Assembly: GCA_046563655.1 (NCBI GenBank) | Contig: CM102289.1 | Coordinates: forward strand, 5,828,001 to 5,892,000 | Origin: Yuukianura sp. NJ FZ-2021 | Taxonomy: Eukaryota | DNA length: 64,000 nt | Direction of reading: 5' to 3' | Shown here: positions 39,080 through 52,100 of the stretch, one piece after another | How positions within the stretch are numbered: the stretch's first letter is position 1 | Layout of the letters: the number at the start of each line of letters is the position of its first letter | Made by a program: the position numbers and the translations under genes | Notes under the pieces: generated by a model | The model's database searches: none | What the model was told of the DNA's origin: nothing | Seen by the model: the letters and a program-made list of their open reading frames with translations, nothing else

Positions 39080-42000
39080 TCAATCAAGGCTCATCTTGGC
39101 CAAAATATTGAGAGCCAACAAGCGAAGGTCACCCTCGACATGATCCATTTCCACGACACCTTCTTGCCCATCAATAGATCGCATAATCCCAGTCAATTCT
39201 CGGCTTTCACCGCTGATGACCTTGACACGGTCACCAACCTTCGGAGTTACAACCTGAAGGTGTTCTACTTGAACATTCACTACTCGCTCTTCTTTCAGAA
39301 GATACACAGAACAGGAACCAACCTAAAACAAAAAAAAATGTTAAAAAAAAAGTCATAAAGCACACAAATTGATGTCAAATTCGCTTACCTGAACGTTTCT
39401 GATAATTCCATGTTGACGACGTAGGCCGCTTTCCGGATGTGTGTCTTTGATCGCTACTTCAATTCCAGTGGTTTGCCATTCATTAGATTGCATATAAGAA
39501 TCCAAGCCTGAACAAAAAAGTTAAAGCATCTTCAAAAGAACCTCCTTCAATAAGAAAAACAACTTTTTTTAAAAAAAATCAATTACCAATTCCAGAGCCT
39601 CCAGGCGTTTGAGGGAATCCGAGTGGTGTCATTGGACTTTGTCCCATGCCAAGATAAGTTCCTGGACTTGGGGCTGCTGATTGGTAACCCCCTGGACTTT
39701 GTTCCATAAATCCTGGACTTGGATTATACGGAGCAGCAGAGCTTGGAGATGGATTATACGGTGAGAAATTGTGATCGGAAGCATAGCCACCCGGAGTGGC
39801 TGGAGTGTATGGAGTTCCAGCATAACCGCCTCCTGGAGTGGCAGGATGATAACTCGTACCATCATAAAACGATTCATCATCACGTGCTGGAGTTTGAGAA
39901 GCTCCAGTAGGATCCCAAGCTAAAAATAAACATTAATTAAAAGCTAGCAAACTTTAGACAACGTTAAGGTATAGTTTACCTGGAGTTCTAGATCCTGAAT
40001 CATGTAGCGGCGTCTGAGCTCCATAATGCGGAGTTCGTGAACCTAAACACACAAAAAATTCAGTAAGTTCGAAAATCGAAATGCATGAAAATGTGAAGTA
40101 AAGTGGGACAAGCATTTTTTAATTACCATCATGCATCGGAGTGCGTCCACCAGTTCCGTCACGGTACATAGGCGTTGCACTTGCATTGTAACTTGGAGTC
40201 CGAGAATATGTTGTCACATTTCCAGTACTGCCACTTGCACCTCCAATTACTTGAATTCTGGATACATCCACAGAAATTGTTTGACAACTTGAATGAAGTT
40301 CAACTCTAGCCGTTGTGTCTGTCGCATCCTTGACAATTCCAATTGAATTCTTGTAGTGTCCTTGTGTAATTTTTATAGTTTGTCCAATTAGATCACGATT
40401 TCGGCCACTTCGAACTTGCGGTGATGGGCGACTCAAAATATTTGGAGCACCTAAACAATAATATTTGGAGCAAAAACATAAGTTATAAGTTAATTCATTT
40501 CGTTTTCACCGTTTAAAAACTATGACTCACCTCCTCCTCCGCCGCCACCACCACCTCCACCAGAACTTGGATGCATCGGACTGGAGATCCTTGGACTCAT
40601 GTATCCCAAGCTGGTGAAAGGCGCAGGGCCCTTCGTTGGAGTATTGTTTCCTCCAGCCAGTTCCAGATGAGTAGTTTTGCAAACAAAAATGCCTCCATTT
40701 TCAAGACACATTCGAGAGTACAGAAATGCATAGTTTCTATAAATGTGTCGAATTTCCCCTTGTCGATCAGGATGAGCTCCATCCACAACACATACAATAT
40801 CCTTCTTCTGGATTGCATTTCCTCGTGAGTCAATTCCCATCACTTGGCGAGGTTCGCGTTTCTTCTGAATGGCCGTTGGTTTCATCGTAACCACTTTCCC
40901 GTGCATAGAAAGAACATGGAAGAGCTCCTTTTCTAATCGGACGATTACACCCACCGTCTGTGGGCTAAAAAGATACAGTTGCATGAATAGCTGATTGGAA
41001 GTTTTCGCATAAATGTGTATCAAAACTTACTCGAGAAGGACAAGATCTCCCCACTGGAAGTGACCCATCGAATCCACTCCACTTGCCATGTCGGAACAAA
41101 GCTGAAGATCTTTTGGAAGAACCTTCAACTCGTGCATGGTCAAATCCGAGAAAAGGAATGCGCAATGTTCTTCGACACGGACGATGAGGCCCGTATCGCC
41201 TTCGTACTTTCCTCCAATAACTTTTACATGGTCACCTTGTTTGAATGCTTTTTGTAACTCGTGCGGTTGGAAATCCAGTGGATCCTACAAATATTTTCCA
41301 AGTTAACGTCAAGAAGACTAACGGTGTACTGATAACTAAGTTAGTCTGTGAAAATGTACCTTAAGCTCCGCATGTTTTGGAATAATAGTAATTTTACTTC
41401 CATCAATGGCTATAATCTTTCCCTCCAAGTTGGTCAGTTCACCTTCAACCACAGAAACGTTGTCTCCAGCAGCAAAGTTATGTTTCTCATCCCCTTGTTT
41501 GGGAAGTTCAATTTCCAAGCCTTCGACCGGAACTTCACCAAACTTTTCCAATTCAGCGAGAGTTGGAGTTATTCCTTCCGTTACAAGTGCATTGATATGG
41601 AAGGATTTGTAGAGGAATCCTTTGTGGGAATAACGATTTCCAGCAAAAAGGAGAAAGTCACCATCCGACGTTATTTCTCCTCCAATTTTCTTGATTCCTT
41701 CACTATCAAATGGTTTCGCTGGAGGTCGTTTTTGTTTCTTTCGTTTCAAGTCGTTTTCCTATGTAATTAAAGGTGCGCGGTTAGCGGTATGAAAATAGAA
41801 GTTATATAAAATCATGTGATTGTTCTACTCACAGGTTTGGAACTTGCAAGTGCTCCTCTCATTCGGGTGTAATCAATTCGGGGAAGAAGTTTCAGATGGC
41901 ATTGATTCTGAGCCAAATCTACGTAGTCAATTTGTGCAATGTCGTCTTTGAATATTCCCTTCTTCAGGCGAACCCATTGCTTTGGCTTAAGTCCTGCCTG

Positions 42001-43071
42001 ATGCTTCGTAACACGAAGAACATCGGTCATTTCTGTAATGGGAACCATTTGCTGCTTGTGTAAACCTCCCTTTAGATTTCCAATTCCTTCAATCGCCTGT
42101 AACAAATCACGCAGCATGTAACCAGTGATGTTTATTGACGTTACAAGTCAGATTATTCATAGATCAGCATATTGATACCTGTTTGACATGCGTCTGCTTG
42201 AAGGCTTCAATATAAATGTAACCTTTAATCCCTTCAGGAGCGATTACACTTCGGATTTGAAGTGGTTCAGCTGAGTTGCTATAAGCAATGGCCTTTCGCA
42301 TCAGTAATAATACTGTATTCTTTTCTTCCCCAATTCGACACTTTACCATCCATAAAGAAGGATCCCTAAAACAATCCAGAAGTTTAGAAGATGTCATACT
42401 CATACATGTTTACAAACATAAACGTCATCCACATACTTGATGCCTGGAAGCAGCGTCTGCTGCGTAATTTCATCGCTCATGTCCTCATTTCCATCTCCGA
42501 AATGACGATTTCCGGCGCCTTCCCCAGCATACTTGTTACGCAAGTACTCTTCCAACTCCTCTTCTTTGTGAGAACTGCCAATAGATAATTGTGATTAACA
42601 ACTCTTATACATATCGTTGCATCAAGTTAAAATATATGTTGAAAGGATGCACCAACGCAACGTTTCTTTGCATAGAAGATAACTTACTCCCACATCGACT
42701 GTCGACGAAGATCGCTTTCGATTTGCCTAGCAGTTGGCCCATCTTCCCCACCTTCATGTCCAACGTAGTCCTGAAATCCTTCCTCATATTCCTCTTCATC
42801 TTCTACCTCGTCGTCTACTTCAGCCTCTTCCAAAATGAAGTCACCAACTGCACTTCGACGTTGCTTCTTCCGACGTCGTGTAGGAGCAGAATCGTCGGAG
42901 TCTTCATAGTCTTCCTCCTAAAAATAAACAACACGATTGCTATTAATCCCGCCTAGTTTTAAGTTGACGCATAAGCTTACAAGTGTATGCGTCACGATAA
43001 TCGCAAATAGTTACTTAATCACTTACATCTTCAACTTCTTCTTCGCTCACTTCCGGTTCAGAATCAGACAT
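39080..43071 (-). CDS. SPT5: Transcription elongation factor Spt5
   Basis: Acidic N-terminus [15 protein letters not shown] domain [15 protein letters not shown]...[15 protein letters not shown]; several KOW motifs (ARVELHS); RTP repeats; C-terminal KOW. Confidence 0.97.
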
Positions 43072-43633
43072 CTTGAATCAAGATTCTTGACACTGATTTC
43101 TCTAAAGTTTACCTAGAGCCTAAAGTGAGTGCAATCAATCAACAAAAGTACACTGTTATCTAACCTGAAGCTGACTTGATACTGAACAGAATTAGATATA
43201 ACCTACCGTTATTCCCAATTCGAATTCGATTTTGCTAGCACATGCACAAGCTCAAGCAGTGTAGAATATTTTAAGTATTTTGTTCGCTGCCTTGCTTTTG
43301 TCGTCTTTCTACGGAATCTTTCCGATCTCCCTCCGTCCCTCCGCTTGCTTGTGTTCCTTCCTGCTGTCGTCGTCAAAAAAATTGCCAAGAAAAAACACAG
43401 AAAAAAAGGGAGAAATGAATTTTTACTTTTTGAATCTCCGCGCTCTCACAAGATACTAAATTTCACAGATGGCACCACCAAAAGGTATACTCACAATATT
43501 CGTTAGTTTAATTCTAAATTCTAATTAATTAAGTAATTAATTACTGTTGAAATAATCGTACAACTGATTCACTCAAGATGATGAACTTCTTTATTTATAT
43601 ACAAACCTTAGTACTAAATAAACAACAATTTTA

Positions 43634-46600
43634 TCACGATGCGTAACCCGATTCGACTTCGGTCAACCCCCGGTCAAATATTCGGTCAACCCTCTCTATA
43701 TTCACTACTGCTTCCTTTGCTAGTCCATACTTCAATTTGAGATTCGTGTCACTTTTATCACAGTCCATTGGAACATAAAAATTAAGTTTTTGTGCTGGTT
43801 TTTCGCAGACTTCGGATTTCGGATGTTTCATCTTCATGTGATCTTTCTTCGAGATCCCTCTAGCGTAACTGTATGATCGTCGGCAGATACTACAGCTCCA
43901 GAAACGTCCCAAATCCAGCGACTTACTGTGCTCCTCACGCTCATTGTCGCTGGTCGAAGACGACCAAATGTCATCGACCGCCTTTTTCTTTATTCTTATG
44001 ACTGCCTCATTCGACGTCGTTGTCCGTCTCCTGCCTTGTGGTAGTTTCGAAGGTTGCGGCTGCTGGTTGTTATGCTTTGTCTTCATATGCTTGGCCAGAG
44101 AAGAATCATATCTGAACGTAACTCCGCATAACTCACATTGAAATTTCAATTGAGTTTTTCGGTGGCCACGCTTGTGTTCATTCAGATTCCTACGGTTTGT
44201 GCACAGTTTCTGACACAGATTGCATTTCCAACGAGTTAATTCTTCCTGTCGAAGTGTCTCTGGATGGTTGACGAAAACGTGAGACTCCAGTGTTGTTTTT
44301 GAGCGAAATTTCATGGCACACGAATGTACAGAGCACGGGAACGGAAGACCTCCTTGGTGAACCAGTGACCTGGAAGAGGACAAAACTAAAGATTAACATT
44401 ATTATGACACTTCTGGTGCTTTTGCTAAGTTTGTGTTGTACCTGTGCTCCCTCAGCCCCTTTCCAGACACAAATACTTTGGCACAAATTTCACATTTCCA
44501 TTGATCTCTTTCCTCTTCCGGAATTGCATCGGGATGATGTGCAATGAAATGACCCCGAAGTAGGGTTCTTGTGCTGGTTTTGTAGGAACATAGTTGACAA
44601 GAAATTGTCTTGTGGGCACCACTATGGCTCATAATATGTTTCCGGAGATAGTACTTGTCAGTAACCAGTTTGCGACAAATAGGACATTGAAGTTTTCGTC
44701 TATCCAATACAGATGACTTCGGTTTCATTGCATGAGACACAATCCTGCCCTCCCTCCGGACTTTGCCGCCGTCCTTTTCATGGTGTGATTTTTCGTGCTG
44801 AAATAAAATTATTACATAAATTGAATGAGTGTTATTTGGAGAAAACAAATTGAAAATTTTTTTTACCCTTCGCAAGCCGTCTTTCCTTGTGAATACTTTG
44901 TCACAACCGGAAACGACGCACGGAAATGTTTTTGGAGTGAGGCCGAGTTGATCCGTCTCCCCGGTATGACTTTTGTAATGTTCTTTCAACGAATTCACAC
45001 TTCCAAATGATTTGTCACACTCGTCACATTTCCATTGGTGTCTAGGCTCTGGTTTAAGTTTGGCCGGAAGGTTAAGAGATAGATGAGCAGCATCAAATTC
45101 ATTTGGTACACTGACCAGTGAACTTTCTGTGTTCAGAATCTCGTGAATAGTCTCCAATTTTAAGTCCAAGTCCACCTCTGGCCCTACTTCTGACTTCGCG
45201 CCTACTGCAACATCATATCCACTGTTACTACCTGCAGATACGATGTCTTTCGCTAGATATTGACGTTCATCGAAGCTGCCCGGCATTTTAGCTGGCCTCA
45301 TGGCGGTGGCAGTATCACTTGGATGCACAAGTTTTTCGTGAGTTATCAGAAAAGCCTTGTATTTGAACTTCTTAGTGCATATGGAGCATTGAAACATCCG
45401 TGAATTAATCAAACATGCCGGATTCTTAGATGCCTTGCTTGACTCGTCGAGGTTCTCATCCTGCTGAATGCAGTGACCCCTGTGATACAAAAAACGAAAT
45501 CTGTTCAAGCCGAAACACGTATTCATTTATGTATAATGTTGCTAAAAATTAGTACAATTCAAAAGTACCTCATGTGCGATTCTAATTTTGATCGGTTGCA
45601 TAATTGCTTTTGACAAATGGGACATTTGTGTTTCCAATTGGGTTCATGTTTGAATTTAATGTGTTCACGTAGATACATCTTTCGCTTGAAAATCTTATCA
45701 CAAAGTTCACAGGCGTAAATCCCAAGAGGACCCTTGGTACGATCAATATGCTTTTCATTAAGCTGAGCCTTTTCTTCAGTGGATAATCGGTGGGTTTTTA
45801 GGTGCTTCATGAGCGATGTCCTCAGTTTAAAAGTACGGCCGCATTCATTACAAAGGTGGTGATGAGTATAATGGTGAACTGTAACGAAAGAATGCAATTT
45901 AGGTAAGACTGTACGTGTACATTGGTCATATTTGTGATGAGTAATTAATAAAGATAACTTTCTCTAACAGTAAGTATTTGTGAAATGTGTAAAATAATTA
46001 AATAAGTTGTGTTACACGTATTTTTTGATCGTTTCCAAATTTTGGGGGAATGAAATACCTTTTGAAAGAAAAATTTTGGTGAAAAAAATTTGACCCTAAC
46101 GCAACCCGTTGCTGAGTTGTGAGAGGTCAAGGTCGCCATTTTGGAAATGTTCACCCGCGTGTATCTCCGGAGTTTCTTAACCGATTGAGGTCATCTTGGT
46201 GTCAAATGAAAGCCCTTAACTTGCTCCAGATGTTGATTTTTTCAAAAATTTGGTCAAGGGCCCATGGACCCTTATTTTTTTAAATAAAGGAACTTAGGGG
46301 TTTTCAACGTAGAATTTTAATCTTTTCGTTGTAATAACGTTGAAACAGCGAGACTTGACATAGTGGACCCTTAAGGGCCCCCTTATGACTTTAAGGGCCC
46401 CCTGAAATTTTACCCCATTTGCTCCCAAACAACGTTTAAACAAGTTTTTAGTGAAGCAGAAAAAATTTAATGCCACTTTTTACTTCAAGGGCCCCCAAGG
46501 GACCCATTTATTTCTGTCTAACAATGAATTGAAAATTGAAAGCAGAAGATACTAAAAGTTAATGTAATTAATTTCTAGTTATATTTATCACATTGAACCC

Positions 46601-48346
46601 ATATGAAGCATGAATTTTCAGTTCATTGTTAGATAGAAATAAATGGGTCCCTTGGGGGCCCTTGAAGTAAAAAGTGGCATTAAATTTTTTCTGCTTCACT
46701 AAAAACTTGTTTAAACGTTGTTTGGGAGCAAATGGGGTAAAATTTGAGGGGGCCCTTAGAGTCATAAGGGGGCCCTTAAGGGTCCACTATGTCAAGTCTC
46801 GCTGTTTCAACGTTATTACAACGAAAAGATTAAAATTCTACGTTGAAAACCCCTAAGTTCCTTTATTTAAAAAAATAAGGGTCCATGGGCCCTTGACCAA
46901 ATTTTTGAAAAAATCAACATCTGGAGCAAGTTAAGGGCTTTCATTTGACACCAAGATGACCTCAATCGGTTAAGAAACTTCGGAGATACACGCGGGTGAA
47001 CATTTCCAAAATGGCGACCTTGACCTCTCACAACTCAGCAACGGGTTGCGTTAGGGTCAAATTTTTTTCACCAAAATTTTTCTTTCAAAAGGTATTTCAT
47101 TCCCCCAAAATTTGGAAACGATCAAAAAATACGTGTAACACAACTTATTTAATTATTTTACACATTTCACAAATACTTACTGCTAACCGTTTCCTCGGAA
47201 TTTACTTTGCTTACGTTCATGATGAAAAAGAAGGCGGCGACGTGTGTCGAATCTTCTTTTACAGTCTGGTTTTAGACAAGCGAACTTAATTTCATCCACT
47301 ACATGATCGTTTTCGACGTGGTAAGCCAACATCTTCTTGCCTTAAAAATTGACATTAAAAAAGGTGTAGATTTGAAGTAATACAAAATGCTTGCAGAAGT
47401 CCCTTACCTCTAAATGTCCCTCCACAAATCTAAAACAACAGATCAAATATTAATCCCGAATTCAGCATAGATAGGCGGCACCAATGCTTAGTTTTTTTAA
47501 ATGTACTTCACAAGGGTATAAATCCGTTGACATTGGCATCTTGGATATTGCTGGCCTCCTACAGCGATGGCTCTCCACTTTATAAACTTCTTCGTAAAAT
47601 GTGAATCCACATTTACATTGGTATGGTTTCTTGTTAGCGTGGGTCGAAAGTAAATGCTCGAATACTTTGAAGTTATACTCAGCACTGAAGTTACAACCGG
47701 TATGATGACACTCGAATAACCTAGGGTTGTAGCCTTTCCTAGGATTGCTTGCCTCATTGACATTGTCATCATCTGTATTTGTTGCTCCAATTTCTCCACT
47801 TTTTGCAACAAATCCATCTTAAAATGATTCAACATTAATGAGATTGCTTTTCCAGTATAAGCAAGAATGACTTTGGCCTTTACCAAATTCTAGTGCGCTT
47901 GTATCCCTAGTCTCTCCTAGAGAAACATCGCCGTTCTCAGCAGATTCGCCAAACAATGGAAGTGAAGTACTAGATGCAGGAATTGGATTTGCGATATCTG
48001 GGTGAAATGGGCGACGTCCAATGTGTTTGATCAGTTGACAAACATAGGCATACGGCGAACAAACAGCAGTTAGGTTCAAGAAGTGCTTGAACATGAAGCT
48101 TACGATTTCCGCACAATTTGAACAAGTGAGCGTACTGACATTGAGGGATTTAGCAATTTGGAGTTCCGGTGTTCCAAAAACCTCGACCAGTGCATCCAGT
48201 ATGGTTATACTACGCTCAAATTCGTTACTGGCGGAGTAAATATGAATTTCATTGATTGCAACTGTTTCGCTGGAAAATGGAGTTGAACAGATGACACACG
48301 TTAAATCCAACGGCGGTTTAAACATTTGAGCATGTACCACCGCCAT
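43634..48346 (-). CDS. Multi-C2H2 zinc-finger protein with N-terminal ZAD-like C4 domain
   Basis: N-terminal CVIC...CSNC, then many CxxC...HxxxH fingers (e.g. CDECDKSFGSVNSLKEHYKSH, CELCGVTFRYDSSLAKHMKTKH). Checked exon joins are in frame, including a 22-nt microexon near 47408-47429. Confidence 0.88.
45968..47182. mobile_element. 1.2-kb near-perfect palindromic non-autonomous DNA transposon in a zinc-finger gene intron
   Basis: Arms of about 570 bp with only a handful of mismatches and a spacer of about 75 bp (~46538-46612). Termini CAGTAAG...CTTACTG; CTAA flanks both sides (45964-45967, 47183-47186). Confidence 0.92.
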
Positions 48347-49164
48347 ATTGAGCTTCCTCCGCGGATTTAAATGTCGCAAATACTTTCCATTGAATTAAGT
48401 TAACTTCCAAACAAACTAAAAAAAAACTGAAAAATATTTTTGAGTTATTTGAGTCTCATAAGGGTCCGGAGAATAGTCAGATAAGTCAGACAGTTTCTAA
48501 AACATGTAAACAAATTTATCGCGCGTCGCGACCCGTCTACAAGCTGCTCCGTAATGCGCCCCACCACAATGGTCGGAGTTGGGCACAATTTCTCCAAATT
48601 GCATTAACACAGTATAATACAGTATGCAATATATATAATATATAGAGTTATATAATATATACAAATATATAATTTATACAATATAGTGTATTACTATAGT
48701 ATTCATAAATAGAAACATGACAGACATGAACATAAGTCTAGAATAGTAGCGGCAATTTTAAATTCCTTGCCCGGGAAAAGTTTACAATCTTTTTTTTTCT
48801 TGAGCTTTTGTTTGTTTCATTTCCTTGTCTGGCTGTTAATTAATGTTTTAGACTTTGATTAAGTTGAATCAGTAATTAATTGATTCCAATTCCAGTGTCC
48901 TTTTGGTGATTATATCTTATTGTTCAGGGTAAGGTTTCCGTGTACTATCTACGGCGACGACGACCGTCGTTGAATTGTTATAAATCCATTTCAAACTGGA
49001 AAGTTCACCCGATCTCAACGGGTCAACCCTTTTCTCTTTCTTTTCATTGTTTCAGATTCAAGGGTTCAGGACTCAGGAGACCTTTAAATCGTCACTCCAC
49101 GGACACCTCTTTAGGCTCAGAGCCATCCTTTACCCCGCAGAAGAGCGAAAGGTCACACTAAAAC

Positions 49165-52100
49165 ATGGCGTGCTTTACGGAGCAGGATATGAGAACGTAC
49201 ATGACGGACTTGGGTCATATTTCGACAGTGGCAGACGTTGGAAAAGATAGAGAACTTCATTTTACTCAACGTAAGGATCGAGTTAAATAATTCAGCATGT
49301 GCTGATTTGTTTGTAATCCGAAAGATGATAATCCTGTACTCTTGCTTCATTTCAGAGCTAAAATCGGAGATAAAAAGTTCCGGAGCAAAAACATTGTTCA
49401 CGCAATATGCGCCCCTATGCACATTAGTCAAACGAGGGGACAAAGTGCAAGCTGCTGTTCAGAGAGAATTGGTTGATGTGGTCGTCTTGGGTAAAACAAC
49501 GAAAATGACATTTTCGAACTATTACAAATGGAATATTGTACTTAATTACATTGATATTTTTATAGCCATCAAAACTGTACATGAGGAAACGAAGAAAGTA
49601 GAAGCGACTGTGGAATCTCTGAGTGACAACGAAAGCAAATACTTCCAACAAGTTCTAGGAATTGGAATGTGGCTGAGTTACACAGTGTTGGAAGAATTCA
49701 ATTACTTTTCCAGAGTATCCCACCAGATCAGCGGGGAGAGAGACAAGAAATCTCGAGGAGGCAAATCTTCCATTGCACATACGGATAATCAACCATTTTC
49801 GTTTTGGATCCGGGGAAAGACCAAATTACTGGAAGCATTGAAACCTTTATTGAAAATGAATTTGATGCCTATTTGGAACGCAAACATGAACTTGGCCAAC
49901 AAGAAGATTTTCTACGAGTAACTTGAGTTTTTTAAAAGCATTTTGACTAACCTTGTACAATGTACACCTTTCAGTTGCCACATTGATTTTGTAGGCTAAT
50001 ACTTCGTTCTTTAACCAATTGCATCAAATACGGAGCTCGCGATATTGAAATCATGTACGATTTGCTCCTGGACATTTTCCACCATTACATTGTCCATTTG
50101 GAATTGGAAGATCAGCTGATTCATGAACTGATGTTTGTAAGTTTTTTTGTGTATATTACTGGACATTCGCTTCATAAATAACTGATTACGAATTCCTGTT
50201 CTAGAACATTGTTAATTCCGATGAGACGGCTCGAGTTGTCGCAAAAATCATCACTGGTTTGAATGGTGAACATAACTTACCAAACGTCGTGAAAAAATCT
50301 GTCACCAGAGCCGTTGAAATCGTGAGCAGCGCTGAGTATCAGGACAGTATTGAAAAGGGCTTTAGTGTTTTTCTTCACGATGTTGGAACAGCGTATCCTG
50401 ACGAAATCAGAACTCACTGTATGCCTTTTATTCTTCCGTTTGCTGAATGTCATGTAAGACTTATCCTCTTATTTTCACTTCGGTTTAGCCAAAACTAATC
50501 GATGACGAAATTGATTAGGTTATCACCGTGAGGAACGCCGTCCTTGTCGTTCTTATTGAAATTCTTCAATCTCACAAAATTGAGCAGATTGACACGAAGA
50601 AGGCTACCAAGGAGGACTTCAAATTGCGAGACAAATTGTTAATGTACGTGGACGACTTTCTATGTGATGTAAATTCAGTGATACGGAGCAAGGTAAAATC
50701 CTTTGTGAATTGTGATGCAGGTTTAACAATTGTTCTCGCCTTTTGCATTCAAGATCATATTGCTACGTTTATTTTATTATAGGCAGTGGTACATCTTACG
50801 AAAGCGATTGAGAAAGATGGACTGATCATCGACGAGGTCTTATCTGTTACAAAGGAAGTAGCTGATCGCCTCCTGGATTCCGCTGTAACAACTCGAAAGA
50901 ACGCTTTTGGCTTTTTCCATATGCTGCTAAGCAAGGAAGTGTCGCTGGCGAAGGTACACGTATTTGTAGATACCGAATAATCGGTAACTGGAAATCATGC
51001 TTCGATTAGTACATGAAACGGTGTACTTGATGATTTCAGTTCACACCATCAGCTTTGCAAGAGGCCGCTATAAAACAAAGACGAGATTTCTTAGAAGAAC
51101 GACTCAAATTCATTCCAGTGGAGAAAGAAGAAACGCGTGTGAATGTTTGCATCAAAGAATTTACAGATCACATAAACACGGGTTACATGGCGAAAGCAAT
51201 TGCCAGCCGACCTTTGCCTAGAGCAATGAATGTAAGGGAAATACTCAAACTCTCGCAAACTAAATGTTAACCTTAGTTAATCAATCTTGATTTCGATTGT
51301 TTCAGAGTCCAGAAAAGGCTGTTGAACATATTCAAAAGTTGATTCATTCCAAGAAGATTTGGGAAGCATGTGAATGTTTCTATCGTGCGACTGTGGAATT
51401 TTCCGAAGAGCAAATTTTTCGGTAACCTGCTTCAACTTTTTCTTAAGCGTTTATATTTCAGCATATAAGGAATAACTAATCAACCGGCATATTTTTTGGT
51501 AGCAACTTTCACGACACACATACATACGACTTCTACCGAGCCTATATTGGCAAGGAACTTGGGATAAATTTAACACAACTAAAAGAAACTGCTAAAACGA
51601 ACGCTGATGCTGATATTAGTATGAGCGAATCCCTGGAATCTGAGGAGAGTGAAAATATGCGCGACATTCTACATCATTCGCACGTAATAACACGAAGAAT
51701 TGTATAATTTTAGTCTACCAGTTTTCACTTTTTCAGAATTCTTATTTGTTTACTGCAGGTTGTAGGAATTCTCAGTGAAGTAATTTCGGAACAAGTCATT
51801 CCCACTGTTCTCACTCTCCTTGAAAAAGGAACGTCATCAGATCAGGCTGAAGCGTTGGCTTTCTTTGGGAAGTTGGCTCTCTATGGATACAAACTTTCAT
51901 CTACAGTAGAAATCCAGATCTTGGAAAACGTTCATATTTTGAGTAAATCCATTGCTGGCAATATCTTGGAACCATTCTCGCTCATTTACCTCAAAAACGG
52001 TGATGCAGACTGGTAAGAAACAAAATCTTCAATCGTAATAGTTATGAAGTATGTGTAGGATTATGCTCTTTTTGTTTGCTTGGCAGTCCGCTTGGATTTG

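Noticed and set aside
45945..47289. Paired ORFs MNISKMATL... and MALNFFCF... on opposite strands
   Set aside because: They are mirror translations of the palindromic element, not genes.
48625..48710. TA-rich quasi-palindromic tract between the divergent zinc-finger and CAP-D2-like genes
   Set aside because: Low-complexity sequence with no defined termini or TSD.
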